This document shows, piece by piece, positions 44,587 to 55,775 of a DNA stretch of 64,000 nucleotides. The notes beneath the pieces were generated by a model. That model worked only from the letters and a program-made list of their open reading frames with translations. It did not search any database and was not told where the DNA came from. The DNA is taken from assembly GCA_963783425.1 (NCBI GenBank), contig CAWANO010000001.1, forward strand, positions 3,375 through 67,374. The letters are read 5' to 3'. The translations under genes were made by a program, and so were the position numbers. The stretch's first letter is position 1. The number at the start of each line of letters is the position of its first letter. The DNA comes from an uncultured delta proteobacterium (GTDB taxonomy: Bacteria > Desulfobacterota > Desulfobacteria > Desulfobacterales > QNYZ01).

Positions 44587-44886
44587 TTCTGACCTCGATG
44601 TGAAAAAATGACCCCGGGGTACCAGAGGTGGGCGGCTCGAGCTTGAAAACCGAACTGCATATCGTATGACCTCTGTATGTAAACCGATCGATCTTTAAAA
44701 AAAAGGAAAAAATGAAGCGGTTTGTAAAAGGGTCGGTTTGTGAACGGTGCAGCTTGACTCCCAGAGGCGATTTTTCTATATTTCATAAATTCAGCTTGGA
44801 CGGTCAAGCTGGGATCGGGATTCCGGGCCAGGTTGGGGACGGAAACCTCATCGGGATGGACAAACCTTCAGATTAGGGAGCTTATA

Positions 44887-45852
44887 ATGAAAATGCGCAC
44901 TCTTTCGATTTTATTGGCGGCGTTGCTGCTGCCGCTCACCAGCGCTTTGGCCGGTAGCGTGACCATCAGCGTCAACCAGTTCGTGGAGCATCCGGCCCTG
45001 GATGCCGTGTTGGCGGGATTTCAGGACGATCTGACGCAAAACGGCGTGGACGCCACCTTCAACATTCACAACGCCCAGGCCAACATGGCCACCGCAAATC
45101 AGATCGGCAGCCAGATCATGGGAGAAAAGCCGGATCTGATTCTGGCTATCGCCACCCCCAGCTCCCAGGCCTGCGCCCAGGCCATGAAAAAGGCGCCCCA
45201 CATGCAAAACACGCCACTGCTCTTTTCGGCGGTAACCGATCCGGTAGCAGCGGGACTGGTGGCCGATCTGAACGCCCCTGGCGCCAACATCACCGGGGTG
45301 TCGGATATGCTGCCGCTGGCTCAACACATGGCGATGATTCGGGAGTTCATGCCCGGCATGAAAACCCTGGGCGTGATGTACAATTCCGGCGAAACCAACT
45401 CGCGCAGCTCGGTGGCGCTGATCAAAGCGGTGGCCGCTGAAATGGAGTTCGAGGTGGTGGAAGCCACGGTCTCTAAAACCAGCGAGGTTTACCAGGCCGC
45501 CAAGAGCCTGGTGGGGCGGGTGGACGCTGTCTTCGTGCCCACGGACAACACCGTGGTAGAGTCGTTGGAGTCGGTGGTGAAGGTGGGCGTAGAGAACAAG
45601 CTGCCCCTGTTTTGCGCCGACGTGGATTCGGTAAAGCGCGGCGCCGCGGCCGCCATGGGGTTCGACTACTACAAACACGGCGTTCAGACCGGCGCCATGG
45701 CCCGCAGGATATTGGCCGGCGCCAAACCGGCCGAGACCCCGGTGGAGTTTCAGGAGTCCTTGAGTCTGCACATCAATATGCCCTTTGCCGCCAAGATGGG
45801 CGTCACGGTGCCGGACGCACTCAAAGCCAAGGCCGATAAAATCTACGAATAG
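44887..45852 (+). CDS. ABC transporter substrate-binding protein (ABC_sub_bind/PF04392-like)
   Basis: RBS AGGGAG, signal peptide MKMRTLSILLAALLLPLTSALA. Family assignment from overall pattern. Confidence 0.75.
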   Translation: MKMRTLSILLAALLLPLTSALAGSVTISVNQFVEHPALDAVLAGFQDDLTQNGVDATFNIHNAQANMATANQIGSQIMGEKPDLILAIATPSSQACAQAMKKAPHMQNTPLLFSAVTDPVAAGLVADLNAPGANITGVSDMLPLAQHMAMIREFMPGMKTLGVMYNSGETNSRSSVALIKAVAAEMEFEVVEATVSKTSEVYQAAKSLVGRVDAVFVPTDNTVVESLESVVKVGVENKLPLFCADVDSVKRGAAAAMGFDYYKHGVQTGAMARRILAGAKPAETPVEFQESLSLHINMPFAAKMGVTVPDALKAKADKIYE

Positions 45853-45964
45853 GGGCACTGAGATCGCACGGCAAAACATCTTCACCTACACAGCTCCTGA
45901 AAAACGGCAGCCTTTGCCGTAGGGGGCTGTGCAACCCGATTCCCAGGCCGAATCCAATCCATTT

Positions 45965-46858
45965 ATGACCTGGTACGCACTACTTGGCGCCCTGGAGCAG
46001 GGCTTCGTTTACGGTATTATGGCCCTGGGCGTCTTTCTCACTTTCCGGGTGCTCGATTTTCCGGACCTCACCGTTGACGGCAGCCTGCCTCTGGGCGCGG
46101 CCATCACCGCCGTGGCCATTACCGGGGGTATCGACCCGTTTGTAGCGTTACTTCTGGCGCTGGCGGCCGGATTTGCGGCCGGCATGGTAACGGCGGTGCT
46201 GAACACCAAGTTCAAAATCCTGCACCTGCTCGCCTCCATTTTGACCATGATCGCGCTCTACTCCATCAACATCCGCATTATGGGCGGGCCCAATGTCTCC
46301 CTGCTGGGGGAAAAGACCGTTCTGGACCCCATGATGGCGCTGGGCATCCCCGGCTACCTGGTTTCGCCGATGATGTTCAGCGTGGTGGCCATGGCGGTGA
46401 CGGGGACGATCATCTGGTTTCTCTACACCGAGCTGGGGCAAGCCGTGCTGGCCACGGGCGACAATCCCCAGATGATCACCAGCCAGGGGGTCAACACCCA
46501 CGGTATCATCATCCTGGGGGTGGGGCTTTCCAACGCCATGGTGGCGTTCAGCGGCGGCTTGATCGCCCAGAACCAGGGCGCCGCCGACGTCAATATGGGG
46601 GTAGGAACCATCATCGCTGGGCTGGCATCGGTGATTATCGGCGAGACCGTGCTGGGCCGGGAGAGTGTTCCCCGCGCCTGCGTGGCCGTGGTGCTCGGGT
46701 CGGTGATCTACCGCACGGCCATCGCCCTTGCGCTGGGCATGAAGCTGGGGCGCTTTTCGTTTACGCCCAGTGACTTGAACCTGATTACAGCCGTTCTGGT
46801 GGTGTTCGCCCTGATTGCACCCCAGGTGCGGGAAAAGTTGCGTTCGAAACCGGCATGA
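45965..46858 (+). CDS. ABC transporter permease
   Basis: Multi-TM ORF; start taken at MTWYALLG; overlaps the ATPase gene start. Confidence 0.8.
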   Translation: MTWYALLGALEQGFVYGIMALGVFLTFRVLDFPDLTVDGSLPLGAAITAVAITGGIDPFVALLLALAAGFAAGMVTAVLNTKFKILHLLASILTMIALYSINIRIMGGPNVSLLGEKTVLDPMMALGIPGYLVSPMMFSVVAMAVTGTIIWFLYTELGQAVLATGDNPQMITSQGVNTHGIIILGVGLSNAMVAFSGGLIAQNQGAADVNMGVGTIIAGLASVIIGETVLGRESVPRACVAVVLGSVIYRTAIALALGMKLGRFSFTPSDLNLITAVLVVFALIAPQVREKLRSKPA

Positions 46859-47649
46859 TTACCCTCGAGCAGGTTACCAAATATTTCCATCGAGGCAGCA
46901 TCAACCAGGTACTGGCCCTTGAGGCGGTGGATCTAGCAGTGGCGCCGGGGGATTTCATCACCATCATCGGCTCCAACGGCGCCGGAAAGTCGACCCTGCT
47001 CAACTGCGTGGCCGGCAGCTTTACGCCCGACAAGGGGCGTATCATGCTCGACGACCAGGAGATCACCGCCTGGCCGGAACACCGCCGGGCCCGCCATATC
47101 AGCCGGGTTTTCCAGGACCCGCTGCTGGGTACCTGCGCCCGGCTGACCATCGCCCAGAACCTGGCCCTGGCCCACAAGCGGGGCGCGCGGCGGGGGTTGG
47201 GAGTCGGCGTCAAAAAGCGTGACCGGGCGTTTTTCCGCGAACAACTCCAGGCGGTGGGGCTGGGCCTGGAACGGCGTTTGGGCGACAAAGTAGGGTTGCT
47301 CTCCGGCGGTCAGCGGCAGGCCCTGACCATGATTATGGCTACTATGGTGGAGCCGGCCGTGCTGCTGCTCGATGAACACACCGCCGCGCTGGACCCCAAG
47401 ACAGCCCGTCAGATTCTCGACCTGACCCGCAGCATCGTTGAGGCGCACCAATTGACCACCCTCATGGTGACCCACAACATGCGCCACGCACTGGCCTTGG
47501 GAAACCGCCTGATCATGTTGCACATGGGACGCATCATCCTGGATGTGGCCGGACCCGAAAAGGCGGCCCTCACCCAGGAGGATCTGTTGGCCCGTTTTTA
47601 CGACGCCCAGGGCGAAGCCTTCGCTTCGGACCGCATGTTGCTGGCGTAA
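46855..47649 (+). CDS. ABC transporter ATP-binding protein
   Basis: Walker A GSNGAGKST, signature LSGGQRQ, Walker B LLLDEHTAALD. Confidence 0.9.
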   Translation: MITLEQVTKYFHRGSINQVLALEAVDLAVAPGDFITIIGSNGAGKSTLLNCVAGSFTPDKGRIMLDDQEITAWPEHRRARHISRVFQDPLLGTCARLTIAQNLALAHKRGARRGLGVGVKKRDRAFFREQLQAVGLGLERRLGDKVGLLSGGQRQALTMIMATMVEPAVLLLDEHTAALDPKTARQILDLTRSIVEAHQLTTLMVTHNMRHALALGNRLIMLHMGRIILDVAGPEKAALTQEDLLARFYDAQGEAFASDRMLLA

Positions 47650-47731
47650 ATTTCCGATGCGATTTTTGGGCGATTTTTCCATCCACTTTCAACCCCACCG
47701 GGCGATTTTAGAAAATTTTAAAATATACGAA

Positions 47732-48046
47732 TTAACAATTGGTTGGAGATCCGCAATTTGGGCAATACTTGAAGTCTGCTTGAAGAGGTTTACCACAGGC
47801 TGAGCAGGTTGTCGGGCTCTCGATGCGTGTGGGTCGCGGTGGGGCGGCGTCGGCAACCGGGCTCTGGCAGTTGGGGCAGTAGAGCGTTTCCGGGCCGGTT
47901 TTGACCTTGAGCAAAGGGATGAAAAAAAGGCTCAGGTAGTGGTCGGTGCGCTGGGTGAACGCTTGATACTGCCCGCACATGGGGCATCTTTTCAGGGGTT
48001 GATCGAGGCGCTTGGTCTTGGGTTGGATGCCGGCGATGAAAAACAT
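47732..48046 (-). CDS. Zinc-ribbon protein (three CxxC pairs)
   Basis: CPMCG...CPNCQ...CSACG...CPNCG. Confidence 0.55.
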   Translation of the reverse strand: MFFIAGIQPKTKRLDQPLKRCPMCGQYQAFTQRTDHYLSLFFIPLLKVKTGPETLYCPNCQSPVADAAPPRPTRIESPTTCSACGKPLQADFKYCPNCGSPTNC

Positions 48047-48094
48047 TTTTAGGCTCTCCTGTAACGGTTTTCTTCGCTTGGCCCCTTGGGCCGA

Positions 48095-50462
48095 TTACGG
48101 GGTGAGGGGATAGAACAACGGCAGCACCACCATGAGCACCACCAGCACCACCAAAGTCAGCGGCACACCGACTTTGACGTAATCGATGAAGCGGTAGCCA
48201 CCCGGCCCCATCACCAGCACATTGGCGGGGTGGGAAATAGGCGATGTGAAACTGGAGGAGGCAGCCATGGCGATACCCATCATCAGCGCGTATGGCGATA
48301 TCCCCAATTCGGTCGAGGTGGTCAGGGCGATGGGGACCATCAGCACGACCAGGGCCGCGGTGGGAATAATACTGGTGGCCGCGAAGGTGACCACCAGCAG
48401 CCCCAATGAGCACCGCGTAGGGTCCCAGGGGACCCAATGCGCCCACCATACCCTCGGCCAGCAGGCGGGCCGCTCCTGATTTATCCAGCGCGGTTCCCAG
48501 CGGCAACATTCCGGCGATGAGAAATACGGCCTTCCACTCGATGTAGCGGTAGGCCTCATCCATGGTAAGGCATTTAGAGAGCACCATCACCGCCGCGCCA
48601 ATGACCACGGCAATGTAAATCGGCACCCAGCCCATAATCACCGGCAGCATCACGGCTGCCATGATAGCGATGGCCAGCTTGGCCTTTTCCTCCCGTGGAC
48701 GCTCCTGAGCCGTTTCAGTCAGCACCAGAAAGTCGGGTTCACGACCGAGCAGGTTCAGTTTCTGCCAGGGCCCGTAGAGCAACAGGGCATCCCCGAACTG
48801 CAAGGCCATATCCCGCAGCCCTGAGCGGTAGGCGCGCCCTTTACGCCAAATGGCCAACACAGAGAGGCCGTATTTTTCACGGAAATTCATTTGCCGCAAG
48901 GTTTGGCCGGATAGCACCGAATGGGGCGATAGCATCACTTCCACCAACCCCACCTGGTCATCCTCGAGGATCGAGGGCTCCAATGGGTGGCCGCTGGCAT
49001 CAATGACGACGCCCTCCAGTCCCTGCATCAGCAGGATGGCAATCATGTCAGCCGCTCCCGTCACCGTCAGTCGGTCTCCCGGCTCGAATCGATCATCGGA
49101 AGTCGGTACCAGTGCGCTGCCGTCACGGCGTGCAATGCTGAGAATCTGAACATCCACCGCATCTCCCAGACGGCTCTTGCTCAAGGTTTGACCCACCAGT
49201 TTGGATGTTTCCGGAACCTGCAGTTGGCGCAATTGCTGGCCGATGGTTCGGCAGCGCTCTTTCGCTTCATCCGGCTGAATTTCGCGTAACGACCGGAAAT
49301 GCCCGTCATCGCCGAGGGCCGCGATTTTAGCCCGCGGCCCGTGTACCACCAGCACATCTTCAGCGCGCAGGGTTTCAGCTTTGAGATCCTCGGTGATGAG
49401 GCTTCCCTGGCGATCGATGGCCAGCACATTGAGGCTATAGCGGTTACGGAACCCGATGCTCGAAAGGCTCTGGTTGACGAAGGCCGATGATGCATCGAGT
49501 TGGAGTTCGGCCAACTGCATGCCGTGCGCAAATAGGGCCTCCATGCCGACAGCATCGGTTTCGGTCACCAGTTGTCCCCAGTGGTTCAACTCCTGGATCC
49601 AGTCGCTACGCCCTTCGGCGATGAGCAGGTCATCGGACTGGATGACCTCCGCCGGCGCCGGTGCCAGCAAGGTTCTGGGCCCACGCGTGATACCGACCAC
49701 GTTCAGACCCAAGGCGGCGCCCAGGCGGCTTTTGGCCAGGCTTTTACCGACAATGGCTGAAGTGGGGGGTACCTTGATTTGAAAGAGGCGTTCCTGCAGC
49801 GCGTATTGAGCACGGTAATCCCGGCGCGACACGGTTTCTTGAGCCATGTTGTGTTTGGGAAGTAAACGAATGCCGATAAGGGTGACGAAGGCTACCCCGC
49901 TCAGCATCACTGCCAGGCCCACCGGCGTGAAATCGAAGAGTTTGAAAGGGGTTAATCCATTTTCACGCAGCGCCTCGCTGACCAAAATATTGGGCGGGGT
50001 GCCGATCATGGTGGTCAGACCGCCCAGCAGCGAACCGTAGGCCAGGGGCATCAGCAAGGTGGAGGGGGAGTGGTTGGTTTTGCGGGCGATGTCCATTACC
50101 ACCGGCATCATCAGCGCCGCAACGGCGACGTTGTTCATGAAGGCCGACAGGGTGCCGGAGATCACCATGATGATGACCACCAGCGTGGATGTGCCGCGAC
50201 CGGCCACCCGTAGTAACTGGCGGCCGAGGATGTTGGCGATGCCGGTGCGGGTTAGGCCGCCGCTGAGGATAAAGACCGCCCAGATAGTGACCACCGCCGG
50301 ATTGCTGAAACCGCTAAGCGCCTCGATGGGGCTGACAATGCCGGTAACGGCCAGGGTTCCCAAAACCAGCAGCGCCAGAGCCTCCAGCGGAACCCACTCC
50401 GTTATCAACAAGACAACGACGGCAATCAGAATAACTAGCACAATGATAATGTCGGCCGACAT
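48095..50462 (-). pseudogene. SLC13/DASS-type anion transporter with internal TrkA-C (RCK_C) domains; one frameshift near 48401-48404
   Basis: The 890-aa ORF becomes nonsense after ...GPYAVLIG. The genuine C-terminus (LLVVTFAATSIIPTAALV...PLFYPLTP) is in ORF 48095..48559. The shift sits in a GGGG run (plus-strand CCCC at 48401-48404). Confidence 0.75.
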
Positions 50463-50481
50463 AGGATCTCGCCTTCGGTAC

Positions 50482-51801
50482 TTAGACCTCAGAGAATTTC
50501 TTTTCGAGCATGATGTTCAAAATGGTACGGTCGGTTTCAATCATGCCCTGGGTGGTGAGCGTGCCCACGTTGCGCATGGTCTCCTCGGGTGACTGGGCGA
50601 TGATGCCGTCGGTGAAGCTCACATTGACCCCTTGCAGTGAAAAAAGCGCCGCCTGCACGGCTGTTCCGGCGGCGGTGGCCAGTTTCAGTGCGCAGCCGTT
50701 TTTAGCGCCGTCACAGATCACGCCGGCCAGGTCCTCGATAAGGTTCTTGATGGCTCCGGCGATGTGTTGCTTGGTGCCCCCCAGAAGATAAGTCACACCG
50801 GCCGTGGCGCCGGCGCCGGCGGCCACCGAACAGCCGCAGATGGCCGAAAGCCTCCCGGTGTGGGACTTCACGTAGGCCGTTACGATGTGGCTCAGGCCAA
50901 TGGCTTCCAGCACGCTGCGCTCATCCACCTCGATGTAATCCTTGATGGCCACAATGGGCAAAATGGCGGTCAAACCATGGTTGCCCGATCCAGCAGAACT
51001 CATGGCAGGCAGTTTCACGCCCGCCATACGGGCATCGGCTGCGGCCGAGGCCATGATGCGCGCTGCGGTGATCATGTCTTTTTTGATCAACCTTTGGCGT
51101 GTCAGCCGCTCCAGGGCGCGTCCCACGCCCAGCCCGCATCCATGCTTCAGCCCATATCGGGCGAGTTCGGTGTTGACCTTAACCCCATCGGCGATAAAGG
51201 CCAAATCATTGTCGTCGAGGTCGTCCACAAGGGCCAGCAGTTCGTCGAGGCTGCGCTGCCTCAGCCATTTTTCCATCTTGGCCAAACGTTTGCCGCTGTC
51301 GTCCTGATCGGTCTCGGCTTCGGGCCGAGTGTCATTGCTGGGCTGATCATCCAGGGTCAGCGACACGACGTTGTCGTGCAGCCCCTCGATGATCGACTCG
51401 GCCTTGTGACCGCCGCCGGTGACGATGGTCTTGATATAAAGCCCTATATGATCGCGCAGCAGGTTCACCTTCACGCGGCCAGCCTGGAGCAGCGCCTTGG
51501 CGGTATTAACGGCATGATCGTCGATGGGCTCCAGCACTTCCAGCTTGAGTTTGGGATCGCCGCCCACGGCACCCAGGGCGGCGGCCATTTCGAGTCCGCT
51601 GAGACCACCCGTGCCGGGAATGGAGACGGCTATACCGTTTTTATAAATGTTGGGATCCACCCAGATCTCGATGCGCTCGATTTTCTTTTCAGGCAGCAAG
51701 GCCACCGCCGCCGCTGCGCCCAGGGCGATGGCTACCGGTTCGGTGCAGCCTAGGGCTGGGGCCACCTGGATGTTTAGGATGTCTTTCACGCTGTAGGTCA
51801 T
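50482..51801 (-). CDS. UPF0597 / L-cysteine desulfidase-like (serine dehydratase alpha-like) protein
   Basis: ...VAPALGCTEPVAIALGAA... and ...SAGSGNHGLTAILP... motifs typical of the family. Confidence 0.7.
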   Translation of the reverse strand: MTYSVKDILNIQVAPALGCTEPVAIALGAAAAVALLPEKKIERIEIWVDPNIYKNGIAVSIPGTGGLSGLEMAAALGAVGGDPKLKLEVLEPIDDHAVNTAKALLQAGRVKVNLLRDHIGLYIKTIVTGGGHKAESIIEGLHDNVVSLTLDDQPSNDTRPEAETDQDDSGKRLAKMEKWLRQRSLDELLALVDDLDDNDLAFIADGVKVNTELARYGLKHGCGLGVGRALERLTRQRLIKKDMITAARIMASAAADARMAGVKLPAMSSAGSGNHGLTAILPIVAIKDYIEVDERSVLEAIGLSHIVTAYVKSHTGRLSAICGCSVAAGAGATAGVTYLLGGTKQHIAGAIKNLIEDLAGVICDGAKNGCALKLATAAGTAVQAALFSLQGVNVSFTDGIIAQSPEETMRNVGTLTTQGMIETDRTILNIMLEKKFSEV

Positions 51802-51900
51802 GGGTGTCTCCGTTGAGGAATCATCGGTGGATGAAAGTACTATAAATAAAAATATAACAATAGGTTAAATGTCTATATATGAACCATTGATTAAATATGA

Positions 51901-52647
51901 TCAGAACCTTTTCGCCGCTTCGTGCAGCCGGGCTTGCACGGCCGCGCTGAACCAGAACTCGACGGAAAGGTCGTTTTGTCGGTGGTAGTTTTGCTGGTAT
52001 TGTTCGCGGATCGTCTCGGTGCGGTTGGCCTTGAAGGCGGCAAACGCCGCCCCGCTGCAGGCGGCCAGGGTGGCGGCTTTTTCAAGGGCAGCGGTTTCCA
52101 CCTGATCCTCGGAATAGATGGCGTCGATCAGCCCTAGCTTCTCGGCCTGAGCGAAAGAGACAAATTCACCCTCGTAGAGCATGGGGGTGGCGGCGCGATC
52201 ACCGATAAGCTGGCGCAGGATCAGGTCGGCGATGTAGGGGACCGGCAGACCCAGTTTGGCCTCGTTGAGCCCGATCTGTTTGTCCGGACCGGCAGCCAGG
52301 CGAAAATCGCCGGTGAGTGCCAGCACGCCGCCGCCGGCCACGGCATGGCCGGCGAGGGCGCATACCGTGGGCATCGGTAAGGTGTAGAGTTCGAAGGCTG
52401 CCTGGTTGAAGCGGTACCAGTAAGCGCTCATATCGCTACGATTGAGTTTGAGCACATGGGGCAGATCGAGCCCGATGGAGAAAAACTTCTCGCCCCCGGC
52501 CAGCACCAGTGCTGTGGCCTCTTTCTGCGCTCTGGTAATGGCGTCGAAAAGATCTTCGATCAGGCCGGGATCGATGGGATTGGTGAAACCGTTGTTCAGG
52601 CGCACGAGGGCAACGTTGTCGCGCATCTCTATAGTAACGCTTGGCAT
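51901..52647 (-). CDS. Enoyl-CoA hydratase/isomerase family protein
   Basis: Crotonase-fold motifs AGGEKFFSIGLDL and ALAGHAVAGGGVLAL. Confidence 0.85.
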   Translation of the reverse strand: MPSVTIEMRDNVALVRLNNGFTNPIDPGLIEDLFDAITRAQKEATALVLAGGEKFFSIGLDLPHVLKLNRSDMSAYWYRFNQAAFELYTLPMPTVCALAGHAVAGGGVLALTGDFRLAAGPDKQIGLNEAKLGLPVPYIADLILRQLIGDRAATPMLYEGEFVSFAQAEKLGLIDAIYSEDQVETAALEKAATLAACSGAAFAAFKANRTETIREQYQQNYHRQNDLSVEFWFSAAVQARLHEAAKRF

Positions 52648-52867
52648 GTCGACTTCCATCTATTTGGTTCGGGATGATATTCCATGATATCATAGGTGTT
52701 GTCGACAACAAGTCAATTTCTCGTCACATTTGCGGATCACTTTTCCAGCAACCGTTCGAGGGGCATGTCTTGGCCGAGGCGACCATGATGGGGACTTACC
52801 AGCGTCAATAACAGTTGTGGCAACCGGCGTGATTGGAGTACTCGGTTTGCAGCATTGAAAGGAGACC

Positions 52868-54532
52868 ATGAGACTGCGTACATGCGTAGCCCTTTCGGGG
52901 CGGTTTGTCTGGGGGGTGCATAAACCGGCCTATACGGTCGATAATTTGCGACATCAAGACTACCCGGCTACTCTGGGCCGGCTGGAAGACGGCACCACCG
53001 TGGAAAACAGGGCTAATTTCCCGCCGGCTGAGGTTGAGGAGCGTTCGGCTGACTGGGTGTATGAAATTCCCAACGCCTTTCCTTTTCGCGGTGCCACCTA
53101 CATCGCCCGTTTCCACGCCGACCGCTGTGCCCAAAATCCACAATCTTTTCATATTTCAGCGCCTCCTGAGGTCTCACTCGAGCAACTACTCAAGGAGCGC
53201 TTGCCGTCACAGGCGCTTGACGAAAAAGGGCTGCTTGACTTTTACAAGGCTCTGCCCGAACCGGTCCAGATATGCCTGGCGTCGACCAGCACCGATCCCG
53301 GCGAACTCAAGCGGCTGGCACATTTGAGTTGCGACATGATCATGGCGGGCGATCCATCACGACCGCAGGGGCTGCGCTACACGCGCGACGCGCGCGGCAA
53401 CCCGCGTCCCAAAATCCACAACATGGCGCTTTACGAGGTGCTGGCCAATAATCCCCATCTACCCGATGACTATAAACTGACCATGGTATTGCGACCGGGT
53501 ATCCAGGGTGCCAGCGAGATCGTGGGCGAGCAGGGAGGTCCCGGAGATCCATCTCATGTGTTCGAGTATCTGCGTCGCAACAGCTACATCCCCTGGGGTC
53601 ACTATGCCGCCAACATGGCCCACGACGCGGTGCGCTATCGCATGCGCGATCTCTCCCTGGCCGATATGCGCGCCGTGCGCCGTCTCTACTACCAGCGCAC
53701 CTATGCGCGCCTGGGACGCGCTCTGGGAATTATCGGGCAGGAGTTTCAACGGCGGTCATTGAGCGACGCGGAACTTGAATCTTTTCGGCAAGATATCGTT
53801 AGCCACTTAAGTCAAGATACGAAGTCCTCAACGGCCAACTTCACCAGCACGTTGTGGGGCTGGAATTTCGGTTTCGATTACACCCCCAGCCACTACCGCT
53901 TGCACGCCTCGCACCAGCAGATCCATCAACAATATGCGCTGCTGCCGGGTCAGGTGGCCATGGATGAGGTAGCAGCGGTGGATGCGCACCAGCCGCTGCC
54001 CAGTTTCGCCTACGGCGACCTGGTGGCCGACTTCATCGGTCAATACCGCCGGGAAACCGGCGCCGACTTTTTCGATCGTTATCAGGCGGCTATCAAAGCC
54101 AATCTCCGCATCGACGGTGACGCCGCCAGACCGGCCAGCCTGATTGTTTACGAAGACCCCCGCGTGCTGCTGTTTGTGCCCAAGGCGCAGACCTCGCAGT
54201 GGGAACTGCAGCTGATGCCCAAGCGGGCGGTGGGCAACTTGCTCGAAGCTGACCAGGCTACCCGATCGTCCCTAGATCGCGCCATGTGGGTGGCGCTCTC
54301 CACACTCGAAGCCATGGGCGCGCGCCTGATCACCAACATCGAAATCTCCAAACGATTCGACGCAAAAGAAAGCGGCCAGCGCCTGCTCTACAGTTTCCTG
54401 CCCAAAATGCCCCGCGCCCCGGGCGCCTTCAGCGAGGCGCAGATGCGCTGGATCAATCGCCACTACCCGGAAGATTTCGCGGTGGCCTGTCGTGATCGGC
54501 TTGCGGATTTGACCGACGGGAGTGAGGGCTGA
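52868..54532 (+). CDS. Hypothetical 554-aa protein, C-terminal region loosely GalT/HIT-like
   Basis: Strong RBS AAAGGAGA. ...LFVPKAQTSQWELQLMPKR... resembles the GalT half-barrel pattern (VPFWA..PFE..L.PKR). No confident family call. Confidence 0.6.
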   Translation: MRLRTCVALSGRFVWGVHKPAYTVDNLRHQDYPATLGRLEDGTTVENRANFPPAEVEERSADWVYEIPNAFPFRGATYIARFHADRCAQNPQSFHISAPPEVSLEQLLKERLPSQALDEKGLLDFYKALPEPVQICLASTSTDPGELKRLAHLSCDMIMAGDPSRPQGLRYTRDARGNPRPKIHNMALYEVLANNPHLPDDYKLTMVLRPGIQGASEIVGEQGGPGDPSHVFEYLRRNSYIPWGHYAANMAHDAVRYRMRDLSLADMRAVRRLYYQRTYARLGRALGIIGQEFQRRSLSDAELESFRQDIVSHLSQDTKSSTANFTSTLWGWNFGFDYTPSHYRLHASHQQIHQQYALLPGQVAMDEVAAVDAHQPLPSFAYGDLVADFIGQYRRETGADFFDRYQAAIKANLRIDGDAARPASLIVYEDPRVLLFVPKAQTSQWELQLMPKRAVGNLLEADQATRSSLDRAMWVALSTLEAMGARLITNIEISKRFDAKESGQRLLYSFLPKMPRAPGAFSEAQMRWINRHYPEDFAVACRDRLADLTDGSEG

Positions 54533-54672
54533 TAGGCCATGGGCGAGGATTATTGTCCCACTCGGGGGATGGGAGAAAACCCCTCGCCTTCAGTTCGCAC
54601 CTGACACCTTTTTCGGGTAAAGGGGGCGGTCATCCACGGGTGGCGCAGACCGCTTTTACCAAAGGAGTGCCC

Positions 54673-55566
54673 ATGGGCAAAGTTCGAGTGGCCGCGACGC
54701 AGATGCACTGCACGGCTGATCGGGAGCAAAACATCGATAGGGCCGAGGCCCTGGTCCGGGCGGCTGCATCCCAAGGGGCCCATATTATCCTGCTGCAGGA
54801 ACTGTTCGAATCGCTCTACTTCTGTCAAGTCGAAGACCCCGCGTTTTTCGAGCTGGCTTCGCCTTTGGGGCAAAACCCGGCGGTGCGCCACTTCTCTGCT
54901 ATCGCCAAAGAGCTGGCGGTGGTACTGCCCATCAGCTTTTTCGAACGCAGGAACCAGGCTTTTTATAACTCTGTCGCCCTCATTGACGCGGATGGCAGCG
55001 TACTGGGCGTTTATCGCAAGACCCACATTCCCGATGGCCCCGGATACGAAGAGAAGTTTTACTTCAACCCCGGCGATACGGGTTTTCGCGTCTGGCCGAC
55101 GCGCTACGCCAAAATCGGTGTGGGCATCTGCTGGGATCAGTGGTTTCCGGAAACAGCGCGTTGCCTCGTTTTGGCCGGCGCCGAAATTCTATTCTACCCC
55201 ACCGCCATCGGTAGTGAGCCCCTCAATCCGGGCTACGACTCCAGGGACCACTGGCGCACGTGCATGCGGGGCCATTCCGGGGCCAACATGGTGCCGGTGG
55301 TGGCCGCCAACCGTACAGGCGATGAGACCATCGACGGGTCGACGATCTCTTTTTACGGCTCCTCTTTCATCACCGCCAACCGGGGCGCCATCACGGCCCG
55401 CATGAAACGCACCGATGAGGGTGTTATCACGGCTGATGTCGACCTGGAATCCATGGCTGCTGAGCGGCGCGCCTGGGGGATCTTTAGAGACAGGCGCCCG
55501 GAGTACTATCGGACTATTCTGGCCAGCGATGGTGGCGACGCCACTGATTGCGACATTTCATTTTAG
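54673..55566 (+). CDS. aguB: N-carbamoylputrescine amidase (carbon-nitrogen hydrolase)
   Basis: RBS AAAGGAG. LLQELF (Glu), YRKTHIP (Lys), ICWDQWFPE (Cys) catalytic triad context. Confidence 0.85.
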   Translation: MGKVRVAATQMHCTADREQNIDRAEALVRAAASQGAHIILLQELFESLYFCQVEDPAFFELASPLGQNPAVRHFSAIAKELAVVLPISFFERRNQAFYNSVALIDADGSVLGVYRKTHIPDGPGYEEKFYFNPGDTGFRVWPTRYAKIGVGICWDQWFPETARCLVLAGAEILFYPTAIGSEPLNPGYDSRDHWRTCMRGHSGANMVPVVAANRTGDETIDGSTISFYGSSFITANRGAITARMKRTDEGVITADVDLESMAAERRAWGIFRDRRPEYYRTILASDGGDATDCDISF

Positions 55567-55775
55567 CGTATAGGCGCTGGCCCTGACGCAATCGGCTATT
55601 GCCCCTGAAAAAATCTCCAACAAGTTCAATATCGTCGTGTGAAAAAGTAAGGCCTGGTTCTCGGCCCCCATTTCATCCCGCCGTCAATGTAGCAATTGTT
55701 ACCGACATCGCCATCCAGAGTGGTAAGCTGGATGGGCGAGCGGGTAAACAAGGACAAATTTCAAGGAGAATAGCC

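Noticed and set aside
47659-47709. Three copies of GCGATTTT(T) between the convergent ABC ATPase and zinc-ribbon genes.
   Set aside because: The copies are short and irregularly spaced (11 and 32 nt) and have no accompanying stem-loop. I cannot support a terminator or binding-site call.
47790-48094. C-terminal ~100 codons of the 890-aa ORF 47790..50462, which overlap the zinc-ribbon gene.
   Set aside because: This part is out-of-frame read-through after the frameshift at about 48401. The translation turns into R/G/H/P-rich nonsense, and the authentic C-terminus is in ORF 48095..48559.
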